Counted from the stretch's first letter, positions 10,111 to 17,733 are shown. The stretch is 32,000 bases of DNA from Polyangia bacterium (GCA_044229835.1 JBGASF010000085.1:273-32272), one strand, 5' to 3'. Program-made: numbers and translations. The notes: a model not told the origin generated them from the letters alone.

Positions 10111-11031
10111 ATGTCGAATCCGGGCAATCCAAACCGCGCCTATGTTTCCTCGCGCTTCCAGCTGGAAGTCGATGGGCACACGAACGTGGGCTTCCTCAAG
10201 TCGGTGGACGGTGGGGGGATCAAGGCCGACATCGTCACCTGGAACATCGGGGCGACCACCGAAGGCTGGCGCTATAGCACCAAGCCCAAGTACGAGGACA
10301 TCACGGTCCAGCTGGGCCTGGGCATGTCCAAGACGATGTATGAGTGGATCGAGAAGTTCTTCACCCGCGACATCGTCCGCAAGGATGGCGCCATCGTCTC
10401 CGCCGACTTCAACTTCAAGGAGCAGAGCCGGCGCGAGTTCAAGCAGGCCATCATCACCGAGATGACCTTCCCGGCGCTCGACGGCGCCGACAAGAACCCC
10501 GGCTACCTGACCATCAAGCTGTCGCCCGAGAAGATCAGCTACGCCACCGCGACCGGCGGCAGGACCCTCGACAAGGGCAAGCAGCGCATCGAGCAGAAGA
10601 CCTGGAAGCCGTCCAACTTCGAGGTCAGCATCGGCAAGGGTGAGCTCAAGTGCGGCCGCATCACCAAGGTCGAGAGCTTCACCATCAAGCAGACCATGCT
10701 CGACAACAAGACCGGCGCCAGCCGCGAGTTCCAGCGCGTGCCGGGGCGCATCGAGTGGCCGAACATCACGGTCTACGTGCCCGAGGTCGACGTCCAGGGC
10801 TGGATCGACTGGCACGAGGACGAGGTCATCAAGGGCAAGGGCAAGGAGACCCAGAAGCAGGGCTGGATCTCGCTCAAGGCGCCCGACCTCCAGAAGGAGC
10901 TCCTGCACATCAACCTGACCAACGTCGGCATCGCCTCGATCAGCGCCGAGAAGGCCGAGGCCGGTACCGAGCAGCTGCGCAAGTGGAAGATCGAGCTGCA
11001 CGTCGATCAGATGAACTGCGAGTACAAGTAG
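10111..11031 (+). CDS. tandem-domain phage tail tube-like protein (T4 gp19 / contractile-injection-system tube fold), orphan
   Basis: The N-half reads SSRFQLEVDGHTNVGFLKSVDGGGIKADIVTW...KPKYEDITVQLGLG...YEWIEKFF...RKDGAIVSADFNF...LTIKLSPEKISY. This follows the gp19-like tube pattern F.v.i.G...gF.evsGl..e.e...y...p.k..nitL.rG...W......r..g.i.l.d. The C-half repeats it: SNFEVSIGKGELKCGRITKVESFTIKQ...GRIEWPNITVYVPE..QGWIDWHED...KQGWISLKA...WKIELHVDQMNCEY. An alternative GTG start lies at 10099. Confidence 0.75.
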   Translation: MSNPGNPNRAYVSSRFQLEVDGHTNVGFLKSVDGGGIKADIVTWNIGATTEGWRYSTKPKYEDITVQLGLGMSKTMYEWIEKFFTRDIVRKDGAIVSADFNFKEQSRREFKQAIITEMTFPALDGADKNPGYLTIKLSPEKISYATATGGRTLDKGKQRIEQKTWKPSNFEVSIGKGELKCGRITKVESFTIKQTMLDNKTGASREFQRVPGRIEWPNITVYVPEVDVQGWIDWHEDEVIKGKGKETQKQGWISLKAPDLQKELLHINLTNVGIASISAEKAEAGTEQLRKWKIELHVDQMNCEYK

Positions 11032-11062
11032 CTCGCAGCCGCCGCGCTCCGGCGCGACCAGG

Positions 11063-11599
11063 TCAGGGTTCGGACAGCAGCGCGCGCAGGGCGGCCTCGA
11101 TGCCGCGCGCGTGCGGGCTGGCTGGCTCGGCGCGTCCCAGGGTGCGCGCCCGCAGTCGGCCGCCGCGGTCGATGAGCAGGAAGGTCGGCCAGCCCTCGGC
11201 GCGCACCTCCTCGAAGTAGCGGCCGTCGGCGTCGATGTAGACCGGCCAGGTGATGTGGCGCTGCTGCATGACCTCGGCCACGCGGGCCGGATCACGCTCG
11301 CGCGAGGTCTGCGGGCTGTGCACCGAGATGACCACGATGTCCTTGCGGGCCGCCATGGCGGCGACCCAGGGGTGGCTGGCGCGGCAGTGCTCGCAGGCGA
11401 AGGTCCAGACCTCGAGCAGGACGACCTTGCCGCGGGCGCTGGCCGGGGACATCGGCGGTCCCAGCCAGCGCGCGGCGTCGGCGGCGGGCAGGGCCAGGGT
11501 TTCGGCCTCCTGCGCCGGCTGCAGGGGCAGGGTCTCGACCTTGGCCGGGGTGGGACAGCCGGTCAGCAGCAGGGCGAAGACCACGGCGAGCTTGTGCAC
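11063..11599 (-). CDS. TlpA/ResA-like thiol-disulfide oxidoreductase lipoprotein (thioredoxin fold)
   Basis: The GTG start gives VHKLAVVFALLLTGC (lipobox). GKVVLLEVWTFACEHCRAS carries the CxxC motif and GWPTFLLIDRGGRL is the cis-Pro region typical of the redoxin family. The rest of ORF 11063..12670 is an antisense artefact. Confidence 0.8.
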   Translation of the reverse strand: MHKLAVVFALLLTGCPTPAKVETLPLQPAQEAETLALPAADAARWLGPPMSPASARGKVVLLEVWTFACEHCRASHPWVAAMAARKDIVVISVHSPQTSRERDPARVAEVMQQRHITWPVYIDADGRYFEEVRAEGWPTFLLIDRGGRLRARTLGRAEPASPHARGIEAALRALLSEP

Positions 11600-11650
11600 C
11601 GAGGCAGCATGCCCGTGCGGGAACGCACGTGCAACGGCGGTGGATTTGGC

Positions 11651-11656
11651 TACTAT
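11651..11656 (+). promoter_or_regulatory. -10-like hexamer TACTAT exactly 6 nt upstream of the ATG at 11663 (possible leaderless transcript)
   Basis: tggcTACTATcggggcATG with no Shine-Dalgarno. The STPK gene at 21400 shows the same geometry. Confidence 0.25.
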
Positions 11657-11662
11657 CGGGGC

Positions 11663-12742
11663 ATGTCGGCCGTCGCCTCTCGATCCCGCCACAAAGCCGC
11701 CGCGGTCGCAGCGCCTCCGCGCGTGTGGATGGTGTCGCCGACGTTCGACCTGTTCTTCTTCGTGGCCACCGCGCTGGTGGTGCTGGGCCCCTGGGTCGCC
11801 ATCGAGCGCTACCACGTCAAGCCGTTCTTCGTGCTGGCCGCGGTGGCCATCGTGTCCAACGGCCCCCACCTGATGTCGACCTGGACCCGGGTCTACCTCG
11901 ACGGCAACGAGCGCTGGCGGCGCCCCTTCGCGTACTGGGTCATCCCCGGCGCCATCGCCGCGACGGTGGTCTACTTCGTCATGCACGAGGGCGCCAAGTC
12001 GACCACGCTGCGCACCGTGCTGTTCTACTGGGCCTGGTGGCACTTCCTGGCCCAGAACTGGGGCATCCTCCGGATCTACCAGCGCCGCGCCGGCGAGGCC
12101 GACAAGCGCGTGGTGCTGCTCGAGCGCACCGTGCTCTACGTGGGCGCGCTGTTCCCGCTGCTCCGGCGCCTGCACACCGGGCCGTGGACGCTGTTCGGAT
12201 CGCCGATCCGCCACCCCGACGTGCCGCGCTGGCTGGTCAACGGCATGGCCTGGGGGCTGGCGGCGGTGGCAGCGCTGTACCTCGCGGTGCTCATCATGCG
12301 CGCCGTGCGCGGGCAGGCGGTGCACATCATCCGGCCGCTGATGATCGCGGCGTCGTGCTTCGCGTTCTTCGTGCCCTTCGTGCTCATCAAGCGCAGCGGC
12401 ACCGCGGCCTTCGCGGCGGCGGCGTGCTGGCACGGCCTGCAGTACCTGGGCATCGTGTGGTTTTACAACCGCAACCGCTGGAAGGACGGCGTCGACAAGC
12501 GCGCCACCGTGGTGTCGTGGGTGTCGCAGCCCCGGCGCGGCGTGCCCTACTTCCTGATGCTGCTGGCGATGGCCGGCCTGCTCTACGCCGGGCTGTCGGT
12601 GGGCGCCATGCTGGTGTGGGACGCGCAGACCTGGGGAGCCCTGGTCTGGCTGTCCTTCACCTTCGGTCACTACTGGCTGGATGGCGTGATCTGGAAGCTG
12701 CGCAAGAAGGAAGTGTCGCGCCAGCTGGTGTCGCCCGCGTAG
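11663..12742 (+). CDS. polytopic integral membrane protein with conserved-looking His/Trp motifs, function unknown
   Basis: About 8 hydrophobic segments. Recurrent motifs are WWHFLAQNWG, CWHGLQYLG and FGHYWLDGVIWK. High GC3. The ATG was chosen inside ORF 11111..12742. Confidence 0.7.
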   Translation: MSAVASRSRHKAAAVAAPPRVWMVSPTFDLFFFVATALVVLGPWVAIERYHVKPFFVLAAVAIVSNGPHLMSTWTRVYLDGNERWRRPFAYWVIPGAIAATVVYFVMHEGAKSTTLRTVLFYWAWWHFLAQNWGILRIYQRRAGEADKRVVLLERTVLYVGALFPLLRRLHTGPWTLFGSPIRHPDVPRWLVNGMAWGLAAVAALYLAVLIMRAVRGQAVHIIRPLMIAASCFAFFVPFVLIKRSGTAAFAAAACWHGLQYLGIVWFYNRNRWKDGVDKRATVVSWVSQPRRGVPYFLMLLAMAGLLYAGLSVGAMLVWDAQTWGALVWLSFTFGHYWLDGVIWKLRKKEVSRQLVSPA

Positions 12743-12756
12743 CGCGGCGGCAGGGG

Positions 12757-12939
12757 CTACTTGTGCCCCTTGTGCTTGCCGTTGCCGTTGTGCACGCAGG
12801 CGAAGCCGTTCCAGTGGTGCGCCGGCGGGCAGACCTTGCCCGGGCGACCGCGATCATGGTGGTGGCGCGGGCCGGTGCGGACCACGCAGCCGGTCAGCAG
12901 GACAAAGCCCAGGGTGAGACCTGCGGTGAGTTTTCGCAT
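12757..12939 (-). CDS. 60-aa His/Cys-rich lipoprotein
   Basis: MRKLTAGLTLGFVLLTGC (lipobox) followed by RHHHDRGRPGKVCPPAHHWNGFACVHNGNGKHKGHK. High GC3. It is the short terminal part of the artefactual ORF 12757..14124. Confidence 0.5.
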   Translation of the reverse strand: MRKLTAGLTLGFVLLTGCVVRTGPRHHHDRGRPGKVCPPAHHWNGFACVHNGNGKHKGHK

Positions 12940-12987
12940 GTTCTCTCTACGACCCGTGGGGGCCTCCCGATACGGTATCATCGCCCC

Positions 12988-13087
12988 GGAAGCGCGAGCG
13001 ATTCTGGTGAGCGTCGCGGTCTTCAAAACCGCAGGGGCTCGGTGAAAGCCGCGGCCCGGGGAGTTCGATTCTCCTGCGCTTCCGCCA
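12988..13087 (+). tRNA. selC: tRNA-Sec (anticodon UCA), selC
   Basis: GGAAGCGC...GCGCTTCC forms an 8-bp acceptor stem, followed by discriminator G and CCA. The anticodon arm GCGGT-CTTCAAA-ACCGC carries TCA. There is a long variable arm (GGGGCTCGGTGAAAGCCGCGGCCC) and a T arm GGGGA-GTTCGAT-TCTCC. The overall layout and about 100-nt length parallel E. coli selC. Confidence 0.87.
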
Positions 13088-13221
13088 TCGCGTGTTGGGG
13101 CTTCACCACCTGGTGACGTCGGACACCTGACGCTGCCACCTCCTGCCTGTGTGATCCTCCCGGGATGTGACGGATGTCGTGCTGGCATGCCACGTGGATA
13201 GGCCGTCCGCGGAGGTCGGCG

Positions 13222-14226
13222 ATGGGGCGTGGGCTGACGCTGGTGATGGCACTGGGGCTGGGAGCGTCGGCGCTGGCGTGTGCGCCGGGGGCCGCCGTGG
13301 AGGACCCGGGACACAACGTCATCCTGGTCACGCTGGACGGTGTGCGCTCGCAGGAGATGTTCGGCGCGCCGCCGCCCGAGCTGGCGGGGGCCGACACCGC
13401 GCCGGCGTTTCCGCTGCTGCACGCGTCGCTGGAGCGCGACGGCGTCATGTATGGCGACCCCACCCGCTTCGACGTCATGACCACGGCCAACCCGGCGCAG
13501 CGCAGCCTGCCCGGGTACATGTCGATCTTCGCCGGCTTCGAGCAGAAGTGCTTCGACAACGACTGTCCGCGCACCGTGGTGGAGACCGCGCTGGAGCGCA
13601 TCCAGCGCCAGCTCGTGCTGTCCCGGGGTGAGGTCGCGACCATCGCGTCGTGGGGCAAGATGGGCCGCGCCGTCGAGCACATCGGCGGCGCCATCTACAC
13701 CGACATCGGCCCCGTGGCGGGACCCGACGCCATCGGCGCGGCCAGCGCGCCCGACTGGCATCCGGCGCGCTGGGATCGCGACACCTGGTCGGCGGCGATG
13801 CGCTACCTCGAGGCGGCGCGGCCACGCCTGCTGCACATCGGGCTGCTCGACGCCGACGGCTGGGCGCACGCCGGCGACTATGCCAGCTACCTCGGCACGT
13901 TGCGCCAGTACGACCGCTGGATCGCCGAGCTGCGCGGGCGGCTCGCGACCCTGGGCGACTACGGCGCGCACACGACCATCATCGTGACCACTGACCATGG
14001 CCGCGGCGACGGCGGCGGCTGGACCGATCACAACCCCGATCTGCCCGGGTCGGAGCGCGTGTTCCTGTACGCGGTGGGGCCACAGATCGTCGGTGGGCGC
14101 TGGGCCTCGACGCTGGCGCGCCACAGCTCGGCGGACATCCGCCCCACCCTGGAGAGGTTGTTCGGGCTGGAGCCGGCGCGTTGCCTGCGCTGTGGCGGCG
14201 TGCTCGCCGAGGTGGTGGGGCCGTGA
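13222..14226 (+). CDS. alkaline phosphatase superfamily (phosphodiesterase/pyrophosphatase-like) lipoprotein
   Basis: GGAGG lies 6 nt upstream of the ATG. Signal/lipobox MGRGLTLVMALGLGASALAC. VILVTLDGVRSQEM is the metal/nucleophile region of AlkP-like enzymes. Also LLDADGWAHAGDY and IIVTTDHGRGDGGGW (DHG motif). Confidence 0.75.
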   Translation: MGRGLTLVMALGLGASALACAPGAAVEDPGHNVILVTLDGVRSQEMFGAPPPELAGADTAPAFPLLHASLERDGVMYGDPTRFDVMTTANPAQRSLPGYMSIFAGFEQKCFDNDCPRTVVETALERIQRQLVLSRGEVATIASWGKMGRAVEHIGGAIYTDIGPVAGPDAIGAASAPDWHPARWDRDTWSAAMRYLEAARPRLLHIGLLDADGWAHAGDYASYLGTLRQYDRWIAELRGRLATLGDYGAHTTIIVTTDHGRGDGGGWTDHNPDLPGSERVFLYAVGPQIVGGRWASTLARHSSADIRPTLERLFGLEPARCLRCGGVLAEVVGP

Positions 14227-15050
14227 AGGGCGGGGCCTGGCGGGGCGTGCTGGTGGCGGTCGCGCTGGTGCACGTGGGCGGCGCCGCCGCCGAGACGCCG
14301 CGCCTGCTGGCGATGGCGGACACCACGCGGCAGAGCTATGTCGGTGTCGAGGTCAGCACCGGGGCGCTGCACTTCTTCGAGGACGAGCTGATCGCGGTGA
14401 CCACCGCCGACCTGCTGATCGAGGCAGCCCTGGGCCATGGCCTCAAGCTCACCGGGGCGGTCCCGCTCTCGGCCGCCAGCGATGATGGCCAGACCGCCGC
14501 GGGCCTGGGCAACCTGACCGCGGGGGCGCGCCTGGTCGGGCGGCGCCGGGCGCTGAGCTGGGCGCTGTCGTCATCGCTGTCCGCGCCGACGGCGTCGGAT
14601 CGGGGCGCGCCCGGGCGAGCAGCCAGCGCCGCCGCCGAACTCCACTTCGCCCAGGACCCTGGGCTGTACCAGCCCAGCACCACCACGGTGCGTGCGGCGG
14701 CCACGCTGCGTCACGATCGGGGACGGCTGACGGTGGCCGCCGAGCTCGGCTATCGCCTGCTCATCTTCACACCCGACGAGCTGGAGTACATCGAGATCGT
14801 CCACGCCTGCATCGGAGGCGGGCTGGCGCTGAGTCCGACGTTGACGCTGCTCGGCGAGCTCGACAACCTGACCGACCATCTGGAGCGGCGCTACGAGGGC
14901 GGCGACCACTTCTACCACGTGCTGTCGGCCGGGCTGCGCTACAGCGCGCGGGGTCTCGGCATGCTGGCCAGGGTGGTGGTGCCGCTCGACGACGAGCTGC
15001 GCGACAGCCAGACGCCGCTGCTGGGCCTGGAGGCGACCACCGACTTCTGA
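14223..15050 (+). CDS. secreted beta-rich protein, possible outer-membrane beta-barrel
   Basis: The GTG overlaps the previous stop (GTGA). The signal-like N-terminus is WRGVLVAVALVHVGGAAAE. Alternating hydrophobic beta-like segments follow, and the C-terminus ends ...LEATTDF (terminal Phe typical of OMPs). Confidence 0.6.
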   Translation: MKGGAWRGVLVAVALVHVGGAAAETPRLLAMADTTRQSYVGVEVSTGALHFFEDELIAVTTADLLIEAALGHGLKLTGAVPLSAASDDGQTAAGLGNLTAGARLVGRRRALSWALSSSLSAPTASDRGAPGRAASAAAELHFAQDPGLYQPSTTTVRAAATLRHDRGRLTVAAELGYRLLIFTPDELEYIEIVHACIGGGLALSPTLTLLGELDNLTDHLERRYEGGDHFYHVLSAGLRYSARGLGMLARVVVPLDDELRDSQTPLLGLEATTDF

Positions 15051-15052
15051 GC

Positions 15053-15871
15053 TCAGGCGCGGGCGAAGAAGCGCGCCGCCGTCGCGCTGGTGTCGGCGGC
15101 GACCTCGGCGGCGGGGCGGCCGGTGGCGCGGGCCACCGCGGCCAGGACGTGGGGCAGGAAGGCGGGCTCGTTGCGGCCGTCGGCGGGGCGGGGGCGCAGA
15201 TCGCGCGGCAGCAGGAAGGGGCCGTCGGTCTCCAGCATGAGGCGATCGCGGGGCACCCGGCTGACCAGCTCGGCCAGGTGCCGGCCGCGGCGCTCGTCGC
15301 AGATCCAGCCGGTGATGCCGATGTGACAGTCGAGGGCCAGGTAGGCGTCGAGCTCGGCGCGGGTGCCGGTGAAGCAGTGCACCACGGCGCCGGGCAGGCG
15401 CGCGCGCAGGCTGCCCAGGATGGCCAGGAAGCGCTCGTGGGCGTCGCGCTCGTGCAGGAAGACCGGCAGGCCCAGGCTGGCGGCCAGCTCGAGCTGCTGG
15501 CGGAAGGCGCGCTCCTGGTCGGGGCGTGGCGAGAAGTCGCGGTTGAAGTCGAGGCCACACTCGCCGATGGCGCGCACCTCGGGGGCGCGGGCCAGCGCGC
15601 CCAGCTCGGCCAGCGCGGCGTCGTCGAGGTGGCGCGCGTCGTGCGGGTGCACCCCGGCGGTGGCCAGGAGGGTGGCGCCGGCGCGGCCGCGGGCCAGCTG
15701 GGCGGCCTCGCGGCTGGCGCGCACGCTGGTGCCGGTGATGACCAGGGTGCGCACGCCGGCGGCGTGGGCGCGCGCGACGACCTGGTCGCGGTCACGGGCG
15801 AAGCGCGCGTGGCCGAGGTTGATGCCGATGTCCCACAGCTCGTGGGGGTGGGGTTGCGATTGCGGATGCAT
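15053..15871 (-). CDS. tatD: TatD-family metal-dependent DNase/hydrolase
   Basis: Colinear with E. coli TatD: [110 protein letters not shown]. An alternative ATG lies at 15910. Confidence 0.9.
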   Translation of the reverse strand: MHPQSQPHPHELWDIGINLGHARFARDRDQVVARAHAAGVRTLVITGTSVRASREAAQLARGRAGATLLATAGVHPHDARHLDDAALAELGALARAPEVRAIGECGLDFNRDFSPRPDQERAFRQQLELAASLGLPVFLHERDAHERFLAILGSLRARLPGAVVHCFTGTRAELDAYLALDCHIGITGWICDERRGRHLAELVSRVPRDRLMLETDGPFLLPRDLRPRPADGRNEPAFLPHVLAAVARATGRPAAEVAADTSATAARFFARA

Positions 15872-15985
15872 GGGTCTTTCTCTGTGGTCTCGGGTGTTGT
15901 CGTGCTTCATGGGGTGCGTGCGGCAGGACTTGCACCTGCAACCTTCGAGTTCCTTACGCTCGACGCTCTGCTGTTGGAGCTACGC

Positions 15986-16014
15986 ACGCAGGCGCGGCCG
16001 CGGCCGCGTTGCGT
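15986..16014 (-). terminator. GC-rich hairpin abutting the stop codon of the 16014..16439 gene
   Basis: ACGCA gg CGCGGCCGCGGCCGCG tT GCGT. A perfect 16-bp palindrome (two overlapping GCGGCCGC) is flanked by a further 5-bp complementary pair. There is no U tract. Confidence 0.45.
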
Positions 16015-16439
16015 CACTGTGCTACGGCGAGGCGGGGCGGATCCCCCGTGGTCGCCACCTCGGCCAGGATAACGCGGGCCGCGACGCGCAGCTCGGGCTC
16101 GAGCAGGCGGCCCCGGAAGCCGTTGCCCTCGATGGCGTCGAGCTCGCTGCCCAGCAGCGCGGCCTGCTCGGCCAGGCTGGCCACGCGCGACTCCTCGCCA
16201 GGCTGGCTGCGGCGCCAGCGCCGGAGGTGCAGGCGCCGGCGCAGGTGCGCGCTCAGCATGCACAGCAGGGTGGCGCGCCAGCGCGAGTCGTACAGGCCGA
16301 GCCTGGTCGCCGGCGGTTCGCCGCGCTCGGCCAGCGGGCGCTTGCCCCAGGCCTTGATCGCGCGCAGGTCGGCCGTGATGGCCGCGAGCTCCATACGCAG
16401 GCGGATGCGGATCTCTTGCTTCTGTTCTCTTGTCATCAT
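16014..16439 (-). CDS. hypothetical protein (141 aa), Arg-rich, no recognised family
   Basis: AGGAG lies about 10 nt upstream of the ATGATG start. GC3 is high after the first few codons. It sits 30 bp downstream of the PTH2-like gene on the same strand. Confidence 0.6.
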   Translation of the reverse strand: MMTREQKQEIRIRLRMELAAITADLRAIKAWGKRPLAERGEPPATRLGLYDSRWRATLLCMLSAHLRRRLHLRRWRRSQPGEESRVASLAEQAALLGSELDAIEGNGFRGRLLEPELRVAARVILAEVATTGDPPRLAVAQ

Positions 16440-16469
16440 GTCAATACACTCCTGGCTGATGGGCAGCCA

Positions 16470-16766
16470 CTAGCGCAGCAGCGGCAGCCCTCCCAGGAGC
16501 CGCCGGAGCTGCCTGCGGTCACGGGCGGCCATCGGCACCATGCCGATGGCCATGAGCGCCGAGTTCCACGGGGGATCGGGCTCGCGGATCTGGACGTGGG
16601 GCACGCCCCAGCGCACGAGGTCGGCGGCCAGCGCGAGCAGCGCGGCCTCGTCTTCGACCATCAGCGCGACGGCGCGCGTCCCGCTGGCCAGGCCGCCGGG
16701 GCTGGATTCACCAGCGGCATGGATCAGCTGTGCGGCGATCATCCCCAGCGGGAGATCGCGGCGCAC
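16470..16766 (-). CDS. PTH2-like (archaeal/eukaryotic-type peptidyl-tRNA hydrolase fold) small protein
   Basis: RRDLPLGMIAAQLIHAAG matches the Pth2 N-terminal R.DL.MgkGKiaAQvaHAA. AVALMVEDEAALLAL matches the 'vkv.s..eL' segment. ALMAIGMVP....LLGGLPLLR matches the C-terminal T.LgIGP.....itg.LkLl. The GTG start gives a slightly N-truncated protein (98 aa). Confidence 0.6.
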   Translation of the reverse strand: MRRDLPLGMIAAQLIHAAGESSPGGLASGTRAVALMVEDEAALLALAADLVRWGVPHVQIREPDPPWNSALMAIGMVPMAARDRRQLRRLLGGLPLLR

Positions 16767-16914
16767 GATGCAGCAGTGAGTGAGATCTACTGCGGAAGCG
16801 GCGGGAAGCTGGGCGTCAGCGGCAAGGTCGAGCGGTCATGATGGGACAGAGTCTTGGCACTTCGAGGCGCGCTGTCAAGGCGCTGTGTTGCAACCTGGCG
16901 GAAGGCCTTCGCGT

Positions 16915-17733
16915 TCAGGGCTGGCCGCGACCACCGCCGCCGCCGGTCGGCCCGCCGCCGCCGGGGCCGCCGCCGCCGAAACCACCCCCCGCGCCGCCCG
17001 GCCCGCGCCCGCCGCGACCCTGCTGGCGCATCTCCTGGTAGCTCGTGTACTGCTCCTCGCTGAGGATCTTCTTGGCGGCCTCGTCGGTGCTCTGGCGCAG
17101 CGCGCGCATCTCCTCGAAGCCCTGGCGGCCACCCTGGCCCGGGCCGGCGGCGCGCAGCTTCTCCATCAGCTCGGTGCGCTTGTCCTGCTCGGCCTTCATG
17201 GCCGCCGCCAGCTGCTGCTCCTGCGCGCCAGACAGGCGCGCGCTGGTCACGAAGGCCTTGAAGCGCTCGGCCTGGGCCTGCTCGCGCTGCGCCATGCGCT
17301 CCTGGGCGCGCTCGGCGAAGACCTCGTCCTGCACCGAGCGGAAGATCTCCTTCACGCGCGCGCGGCCGGTCTCGGTCTCCATGGCCTGCCCGGTCAGCAG
17401 GGCGTCGATGTCGCTGCGCAGGTCGGCCAGCTCGGGCGCGCTGGCGCTGCCCGCGCCGCCGCTGGCGCCGCCCGCGCCCGCGCCGCCGCTGCTGACGCGC
17501 TTCTCCAGCGCATCGAGGCGCCGCGTCAGCCCGGTGATGCGCCACGACAGCTCGGCGGTCTCGTCGTCGCCCGGCGCCGGCCGCGCGGGTGGCCCCTGCG
17601 CTGGGTCGGCCGGCTCGGGACGCGCGACCCGGGGCCGTCGGGTGGGTGCGCTGGTTGCCGGGCGCCACAGCAGGGCGACCGCCAGGGCGGCCGCCGACAG
17701 CACGATGGGGACGATGGTGAGCGCACGCTTCAT
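16915..17733 (-). CDS. membrane-anchored/secreted coiled-coil protein, possibly Spy/CpxP-like, with a Gly-rich C-terminal tail
   Basis: N-terminal anchor MKRALTIVPIVLSAAALAVALL. The body is a helical Glu/Gln/Arg-rich region with LTXXQ-type motifs (LSGAQEQQL, LSEEQYTSY). The tail reads GRGGRGPGGAGGGFGGGGPGGGGPTGGGGGRGQP. Confidence 0.6.
   Translation of the reverse strand: MKRALTIVPIVLSAAALAVALLWRPATSAPTRRPRVARPEPADPAQGPPARPAPGDDETAELSWRITGLTRRLDALEKRVSSGGAGAGGASGGAGSASAPELADLRSDIDALLTGQAMETETGRARVKEIFRSVQDEVFAERAQERMAQREQAQAERFKAFVTSARLSGAQEQQLAAAMKAEQDKRTELMEKLRAAGPGQGGRQGFEEMRALRQSTDEAAKKILSEEQYTSYQEMRQQGRGGRGPGGAGGGFGGGGPGGGGPTGGGGGRGQP

Noticed and set aside
10099-11031. Lower GC of the tail-tube-like gene as evidence for recent horizontal transfer or a prophage remnant.
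   Set aside because: Third codon positions are almost uniformly G/C, with the same preferences as neighbouring genes. The lower overall GC comes from Lys/Ile/Phe/Asn/Thr-rich amino-acid composition.
12940-15050. A genomic island inserted at selC.
   Set aside because: There is no integrase, transposase or phage gene on either side. I noticed no direct repeat of the tRNA 3' end in the window. The composition and codon bias of flanking genes match the rest of the window.
15048-15055. The palindromic TGAGCTCA shared by the two convergent stop codons (OMP-like gene and tatD).
   Set aside because: It is simply two stop codons (TGA / TCA) separated by GC. It needs no functional explanation.
16767-16830. 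An in-frame TGA 69 nt upstream of the GTG start of the PTH2-like gene, considered as a possible Sec (UGA) recoding site because selC is present in the window.
   Set aside because: A second in-frame TGA lies a few codons further upstream with no start codon between them. Third-position GC in the stretch is clearly lower than in real CDSs here. No Cys-containing homologous position or SECIS-like hairpin was evident.
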